The notes below the pieces were generated by a model, which saw nothing but the letters and a program-made list of their open reading frames with translations, was not told the DNA's origin and ran no database searches. Positions 27,520 through 32,608 of a stretch of DNA of 32,608 bases are shown here, one piece after another. A program made the position numbers and the translations under genes. The DNA comes from Cycloclasticus sp. (lineage in GTDB: Bacteria > Pseudomonadota > Gammaproteobacteria > Methylococcales > Cycloclasticaceae). Every line of letters starts with the position of its first letter. Position 1 is the stretch's first letter. Where the stretch lies: NCBI GenBank assembly GCA_012960055.1, contig DUCA01000074.1:1-32608 (forward strand), in the 5' to 3' direction.

Positions 27520-28899
27520 ATGTTAAAAAAATTATCGTTAGCTTCGCTAGCGTTTATTAGCCTTCCAGCTTTAGCGGATCCTTCGCACGCCTATGCCGAT
27601 GCTGTGTTAGAAGCCCTTCAGAAAAAAGGGCTCCTAACCCAGCACGATGTAGCCGATATTAAACAGCAGGCCAAACAAGCCGAAGTGCAAGCGAGCAAAT
27701 CCAGCATGGCTAAAAAAGTCGGCGTTAAGTCGGCTGTCAACAACCTAGTCGCCGCTACAAAAAAAAGCGTCAACAGAGCCCGTCCTAATATTAAGTTCTG
27801 GGGGCAATTACAACCCCGCTACACCTTTGTTCCTTCTAAAAATGGTCTTCAAGGCACCAATAGCTTCACCTTACGACGTGCTCGTGTTGGTTTTAAAGGA
27901 TTTGCAACGGACAACGTTGCCTTCCGCTTCCAATATGATGCATCCAACGAAGTGGCGGGGTTATCAAACGCACAAAAATTACTCGATGCTTGGGTGAGTT
28001 TTAAACATTTTGATGACAGCATTGGCAGCATTACCATCGGCCAGCAATTTGCACTGGGCTATACACGTCGCCCACATAAAACGGCCAGTGTAGAACGCAA
28101 ATTTACAGAATTGTTATCGCCTGGAGCCACCGGCAGACTCCGTGGACTGACCATTAGAAAAGGTGATATGGGGCTACCAGAAACAAGTTCAAAAGGCTAT
28201 TTTGGCAACCGCTTACATTATGCTCTTGGCTTGTATAACGGCCCTGATTTATCGCTAAACAACGATAATAACGACCTCATGTTTTCAGCGGCCATCTCTT
28301 TGCGACCAACAGGTGTCTCACCCAGTGATGACGAGTATCAATTCAAAGACAGACCTTTGGCATACAGCATCGGCGCTGCGTACAGCACATCTCTCGACTC
28401 CGACACACTCGATACTAATACTAAATTCCAACCCAATGGTATCGATCTGGATAATGAATGGCTCAGTGTGTCTGCCGATATTCAAGCCCACCATTGGTGG
28501 CTATGGGCTTCATGGGCGCAATTTAAGTCTGATGCCCAAGGTGGTTTAGCCGTCAATGCACAAGGTGACAGCACAGGCACACTTAGTTCAAACGCCTTCA
28601 CCTTAGGTCTCAGCCGGGCCTATTTACTGAATTCTGAAGACATGGGGTGGGCCTGGGCTTTACAGTACCAGCACGTCAACAACGAACACCCTTCACGCAC
28701 GGCTTTCTTCAGACCGCTAACCGGTAAATCTGACGATGAAATTGCCCGCGGCATGAACCAAGGTAGCGTTTACCAAACCATGCTGACCTGGCAGTTCGAT
28801 GACAATCTTAGGCTGATTAATGAATTGGCTTACTACGACCCCAGTGACGGTGGTTTGAGTTACCCATCTTTTATTAGCCAATTGCAGCTTACTTTTTAG
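27520..28899 (+). CDS. Putative porin, OprO/OprP-like
   Basis: Signal peptide; LEALQKKGLLT periplasmic stretch; FTLRRARVGFKG, LLDAWV, ITIGQ, GLYNG; terminal QLQLTF. Confidence 0.72.
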   Translation: MLKKLSLASLAFISLPALADPSHAYADAVLEALQKKGLLTQHDVADIKQQAKQAEVQASKSSMAKKVGVKSAVNNLVAATKKSVNRARPNIKFWGQLQPRYTFVPSKNGLQGTNSFTLRRARVGFKGFATDNVAFRFQYDASNEVAGLSNAQKLLDAWVSFKHFDDSIGSITIGQQFALGYTRRPHKTASVERKFTELLSPGATGRLRGLTIRKGDMGLPETSSKGYFGNRLHYALGLYNGPDLSLNNDNNDLMFSAAISLRPTGVSPSDDEYQFKDRPLAYSIGAAYSTSLDSDTLDTNTKFQPNGIDLDNEWLSVSADIQAHHWWLWASWAQFKSDAQGGLAVNAQGDSTGTLSSNAFTLGLSRAYLLNSEDMGWAWALQYQHVNNEHPSRTAFFRPLTGKSDDEIARGMNQGSVYQTMLTWQFDDNLRLINELAYYDPSDGGLSYPSFISQLQLTF

Positions 28900-28938
28900 G
28901 CTTTTTAATTTTTTAATCTCAATACATAAAATAACATC

Positions 28939-29832
28939 ATGACAACTAAAGCTTTAGTAATATTATTCACTACTTTGTTTTGTAACAGCCTTTTTGCGGC
29001 ACCCCCTTTTATGAATTTTGAAGGCGTTGGTGGTGGAGGCATTGTGCCAGGTGCGTATAGAGTTAACCCTCCAAAAAATGGAGAGACTTTTGGTAAACCC
29101 GCTATTTCAAACTGGGATTTAATCGGGCTAAACGAAAGCAACGACAACCTATATACCAACGGTATTACGATTTCATTCCTTGATCGTTATGAAATGGGCT
29201 ATGTACTTGAGCAGATTGATTTTAGACGTGTTCGCGCCACTCTTTTAAAAGCGACTAATGGCACAATGGATGTAAAACGCAATACCATCTACATGCATAA
29301 TGTACATTTCAAAACAGTTCTGGCTCATGAAACAGATAAACTTCCCGCCTTCGCTTTCACTGCTGAATTCAAATATAACGAAACAATCGATGAACAAAAT
29401 AGAAATATAAACCATGCTTTAAATGATCTTGGCTTTGATGATAACGTTGGCATCGATCTAGATTTTTCAGTCTCCAACACGAACACTAGCATGCTGGGTT
29501 ACCCTGTTGTCTTTCATGGAAACATTCGCCTAACCAAAGGTCACTATCTTGGCCTTTTAGGTTTCTCAGATAACTACACAGCGAATGCTGAAGCATCCAT
29601 TGCTATTATTCCGACCCAAACCTTTGGCTATGGTTTTGAAATACGCCAACAAAATGACAAATTCAAAGCCATTTCCTCTGACTTAGATATGAAGGAAGAT
29701 GCTTTCTGGGATGTATTTGTTACCTGGATGCCTAATAAAAAATTATCATTTGCAGCTGCCTTTACTCGTTTTGGTAATATCGTTGACAAAGATGTTGATT
29801 TTTTTGTATTTAACGCAAAATATGATTTTTAA
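28939..29832 (+). CDS. Outer-membrane beta-barrel protein, probably DUF3034 family
   Basis: Signal peptide; EGVGGGGIVP.AY, RLTKGHYLGLLGF, EDAFWDVFVTW.PNK.LS..AA..RFGNI; terminal Phe. Confidence 0.65.
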   Translation: MTTKALVILFTTLFCNSLFAAPPFMNFEGVGGGGIVPGAYRVNPPKNGETFGKPAISNWDLIGLNESNDNLYTNGITISFLDRYEMGYVLEQIDFRRVRATLLKATNGTMDVKRNTIYMHNVHFKTVLAHETDKLPAFAFTAEFKYNETIDEQNRNINHALNDLGFDDNVGIDLDFSVSNTNTSMLGYPVVFHGNIRLTKGHYLGLLGFSDNYTANAEASIAIIPTQTFGYGFEIRQQNDKFKAISSDLDMKEDAFWDVFVTWMPNKKLSFAAAFTRFGNIVDKDVDFFVFNAKYDF

Positions 29833-29849
29833 TTTATTGAAACGCTTAC

Positions 29850-30629
29850 ATGCCTGTTAGAAATGACACGTTTATTCAAGCAGCGGGGCGACGTCTGCGC
29901 TCACGTCAAATTGGTGATATAAACCAAGACAAACCTGTCTTGGTTTTTCTTCATGGTGCTATAGATAGCATTGAAATGTGGCGTGATTTTCCAGCACAGG
30001 TACATAAAGAAACAGGGCTGGCGGTTATTATCTATGAGCGTTGGGGGCATGGGCAATCAGAGCCCTTAGCTACATTCCGCGAAGGTGATACCCGCGTTGA
30101 GGAAGCGGGTGAGCCGTTACGTGATATCTTTGAACACTATGACCTAAACAGCGTTATTTTAGTAGGCCATAGCTATGGCGGCGTTATTGCTCTTGTCGCC
30201 GCAAGCCTACATAAAGACGTCATCCTCGGTGTCGTATCGATTGTTCCACAAATGATTATTCATCCACAGTGCTTAGCCGGTGCTAATGAAGCAAAAGAAG
30301 GTTTTGAAAATGGCAATCTTCGAGACAAGCTGTTTAAACTTCATGGCGAAGGGCTCGACACTCTGTTTTATGATTGGATCAAACGCGTTAATAGTGAAGC
30401 CTATCAAGCTGAAGATTGTTCGCAATATTTGCAACAAATCACCTGCCCAGTACTGCAGATTTTTGGCAACGAAGATGCTTACGGCTATTTGCCAAACCTT
30501 GATTTGTCGGAAAAACATATCCCCAGTAACCTATCAATAAACGTTATACCTGACGCTGGACACTATGTTCACTTAGAGGCTAAAAGTACTGTTGTTGATG
30601 CCGTAAAAGAGTTTTGCTTAACACTATAA
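29850..30629 (+). CDS. Alpha/beta hydrolase
   Basis: VFLHGA, MWRDFP, YERWGHGQS, LVGHSYGG, ITCPVLQIFG.ED.YG, GHYVHLE. Confidence 0.88.
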   Translation: MPVRNDTFIQAAGRRLRSRQIGDINQDKPVLVFLHGAIDSIEMWRDFPAQVHKETGLAVIIYERWGHGQSEPLATFREGDTRVEEAGEPLRDIFEHYDLNSVILVGHSYGGVIALVAASLHKDVILGVVSIVPQMIIHPQCLAGANEAKEGFENGNLRDKLFKLHGEGLDTLFYDWIKRVNSEAYQAEDCSQYLQQITCPVLQIFGNEDAYGYLPNLDLSEKHIPSNLSINVIPDAGHYVHLEAKSTVVDAVKEFCLTL

Positions 30630-30690
30630 TGCGATGATCGGTTCATTACGCGCGCCTCTTTCCCTTTAAATTGAAAACACCTGTATCCAA

Positions 30691-31578
30691 ATGATTAACC
30701 TAAGCCTTTCAACCTTAATCACCCGCTGGGCCCCATTGGTTTTCGTTCTCTTGTGGAGCACAGGGTTTATCGGCGCTAAATTTGCCCTGCCTTATATAGA
30801 ACCCTTTAACTTATTGTTTATTCGCATGTTGGCGACCCTAGTTGTCTTCGCCGTCCTGATTAAAATATTTCGTGCCAATAAGATTACACCCGCCCAAGCG
30901 GCTCATCAAATGGTGGTGGGGTCACTGGTTCACGCCGCGTATTTAGGCGGTGTATTCGCCGCCATTAAACTTGAAATGCCTGCGGGACTCGCGGCTCTTT
31001 TGGTCGGTCTTCAGCCTTTATTAACGGCTTTAATGGGGCTTGTTTTCTTATCTGAACGACTCAACTTTAAACAATGGCTGGGGTTATTATTGGGCCTATT
31101 TGGCGTATGTATTGTTTTGTTACAAGGGCAAGATTTATCGCAAATCACCCTCTCGGGCGCGGCTTTAATCGCCGTTACCATTGCATTATTTGGTATTTCC
31201 ATTGGCACGATGTATCAAAAACGCTTTGGCGTTGGCGTTAACCTACTCACGGGCTCATTTTTTCAATACCTTGCAACGGCCATCTGGATGGGCTTATTAA
31301 CCTTTTCATTCGAACAACAACAGATTACTTGGCACCCCCATTTAATTGGTGCGTTACTGTGGCTGGTGTTTGGCTTATCCATCATCGCTATTTTGTTACT
31401 CATGCATATGATTCATGAAGGCAAAACCACCCAAGTTGCCAGCTACTTCTATTTAGTACCGCCGGTTACCGCAATAGAGGCTTGGTGGCTTTTTGGCGAA
31501 ACTCTCACGCCGTTTGCAATAGGTGGAATGTTCATTGCCATTTACGGTGTGTATCTTGTGATTAAGCAACCCGCCTAA
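30691..31578 (+). CDS. DMT/EamA-family transporter
   Basis: FVLLWSTGFIGAKF, ALLVGLQPLLTA, GTMYQKRF, VASYFYLVPPVTA..AWWLFGETL. Confidence 0.92.
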   Translation: MINLSLSTLITRWAPLVFVLLWSTGFIGAKFALPYIEPFNLLFIRMLATLVVFAVLIKIFRANKITPAQAAHQMVVGSLVHAAYLGGVFAAIKLEMPAGLAALLVGLQPLLTALMGLVFLSERLNFKQWLGLLLGLFGVCIVLLQGQDLSQITLSGAALIAVTIALFGISIGTMYQKRFGVGVNLLTGSFFQYLATAIWMGLLTFSFEQQQITWHPHLIGALLWLVFGLSIIAILLLMHMIHEGKTTQVASYFYLVPPVTAIEAWWLFGETLTPFAIGGMFIAIYGVYLVIKQPA

Positions 31579-31587
31579 CCTTTCGTC

Positions 31588-32608
31588 ATGCCTCCCGTTC
31601 AACGCAAAATAATTCACATTGATATGGATGCTTTCTTTGCGTCTGTTGAACAACGTGACAACGCTGAATTACGGGGTAAACCGGTTATTGTTGGTGGCCA
31701 ACCGAACAGTCGTGGCGTGGTTGCTGCCTGCAGTTATGAAGCGCGCCAATTTGGTATTCATTCAGCCATGCCCTGTTCGCGTGCTTATCGCTTATGCTCG
31801 GATGCGATCTTTGTGCCGCCTCGTTTTGAGGCGTATAAAGCAGTGTCCAAAATAATCCAACGCATCTTTTGGCGTTATGCAACAGACGTGGAACCCTTAT
31901 CACTGGACGAAGCTTACCTAGACGTAAGCCACAACATGGCATTTGATGGCTCGGCAACACGCTTGGCAGAAGCGATTAGAAAAGACATTTACACAGAAAC
32001 CCAACTGATTGCTTCAGCGGGTGTGTCTTACAATAAGTTCTTAGCTAAAATCGCCTCCGATATGGATAAGCCTGACGGGCTTTATGTGATTAAACCATCA
32101 CAAGGCGAAGCCTTTATAGCGGCCTTACCGATTGGGAAATTCTACGGTGTAGGCCCAGCCACTGAAGCGAAAATGCTCAAATTGGGCATTAAAATAGGGA
32201 GCGATTTACGCACCAAAAGCCAGTTAGAACTGGTGCAACATTTTGGCAAATCCGGTGATTACTATTTCAACATAGCGCAAGGCATCGACCTTCGTCCGGT
32301 ACGCAGCAGCAGAACACGCAAGTCTCTGGGTAAAGAAACCACCTTCAAAAGCGACATTCACGATATAGCGTTGCTTATAGAGCACCTCAACACACTGGCA
32401 AAAACCGTATTCAATAATTTAGAAAACCAGCAATTTATCGCTAAAACCATCACCCTAAAAGTAAAGTACGCCGATTTTAAAACCGTAACGCGCTCGTACA
32501 GCAGCAACAAACGGTTTACCGACTTGGCACGAATACGCGCCATACTGCCTGAATTACTGTCACGTACTGAAGCAGGTCAACACGGTGTTCGATTAGTCGG
32601 TATCAGTG
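31588..32608 (+). CDS. dinB: DNA polymerase IV (Y family), partial; runs off the window end
   Basis: Manual translation from ATG 31588: MPPVQRKIIHIDMDAFFASVEQRDN...RGVVAACSYEARQFGIHSAMP...EPLSLDEAYLDV...SAGVSYNKFLAKIASDMDKPDGL. Missing from the ORF track because there is no stop codon in the window. Confidence 0.96.
   Translation, partial: MPPVQRKIIHIDMDAFFASVEQRDNAELRGKPVIVGGQPNSRGVVAACSYEARQFGIHSAMPCSRAYRLCSDAIFVPPRFEAYKAVSKIIQRIFWRYATDVEPLSLDEAYLDVSHNMAFDGSATRLAEAIRKDIYTETQLIASAGVSYNKFLAKIASDMDKPDGLYVIKPSQGEAFIAALPIGKFYGVGPATEAKMLKLGIKIGSDLRTKSQLELVQHFGKSGDYYFNIAQGIDLRPVRSSRTRKSLGKETTFKSDIHDIALLIEHLNTLAKTVFNNLENQQFIAKTITLKVKYADFKTVTRSYSSNKRFTDLARIRAILPELLSRTEAGQHGVRLVGIS

Noticed and set aside
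30681-30696. LexA box starting CTGTAT upstream of eamA-dinB
   Set aside because: The right half-site is GATT, not ACAG.

Overview
This is an aromatic-catabolism region from a gammaproteobacterium with moderate GC (mid-40s % by eye); the gene content resembles the marine hydrocarbon degrader Cycloclasticus (inference). Left to right it contains: (1) a thiolase and an SDR next to a rearranged aniline-dioxygenase-type module (Rieske alpha/beta plus a TdnQ/AtdA1-type glutamine-synthetase-like ligase, with a divergent class I glutamine amidotransferase); (2) two heteromeric acyl-CoA dehydrogenase pairs (one PimCD-like), a crotonase, a family III CoA transferase and a MaoC pair; (3) a GST, an unannotated, internally deleted xylG/dmpC pseudogene and a toluene/biphenyl-family Rieske alpha/beta pair; (4) an ABM-hydrolase-hydratase-aldolase-EamA operon of the BphDEF(RHA1)/ThnDEF type; (5) a LysR-centred island with four outer-membrane barrel proteins, an Old Yellow Enzyme and two hydrolases; (6) an EamA gene and a partial dinB. 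The main hypothesis is a pathway that gamma-glutamylates and dioxygenates a non-aniline aromatic amine and/or opens tetralin-like alicyclic-fused aromatics and beta-oxidises the dicarboxylate product. No ferredoxin, reductase, dihydrodiol dehydrogenase or ring-cleavage dioxygenase is in the window. All family calls rest on motifs and remembered reference sequences; no searches were run.
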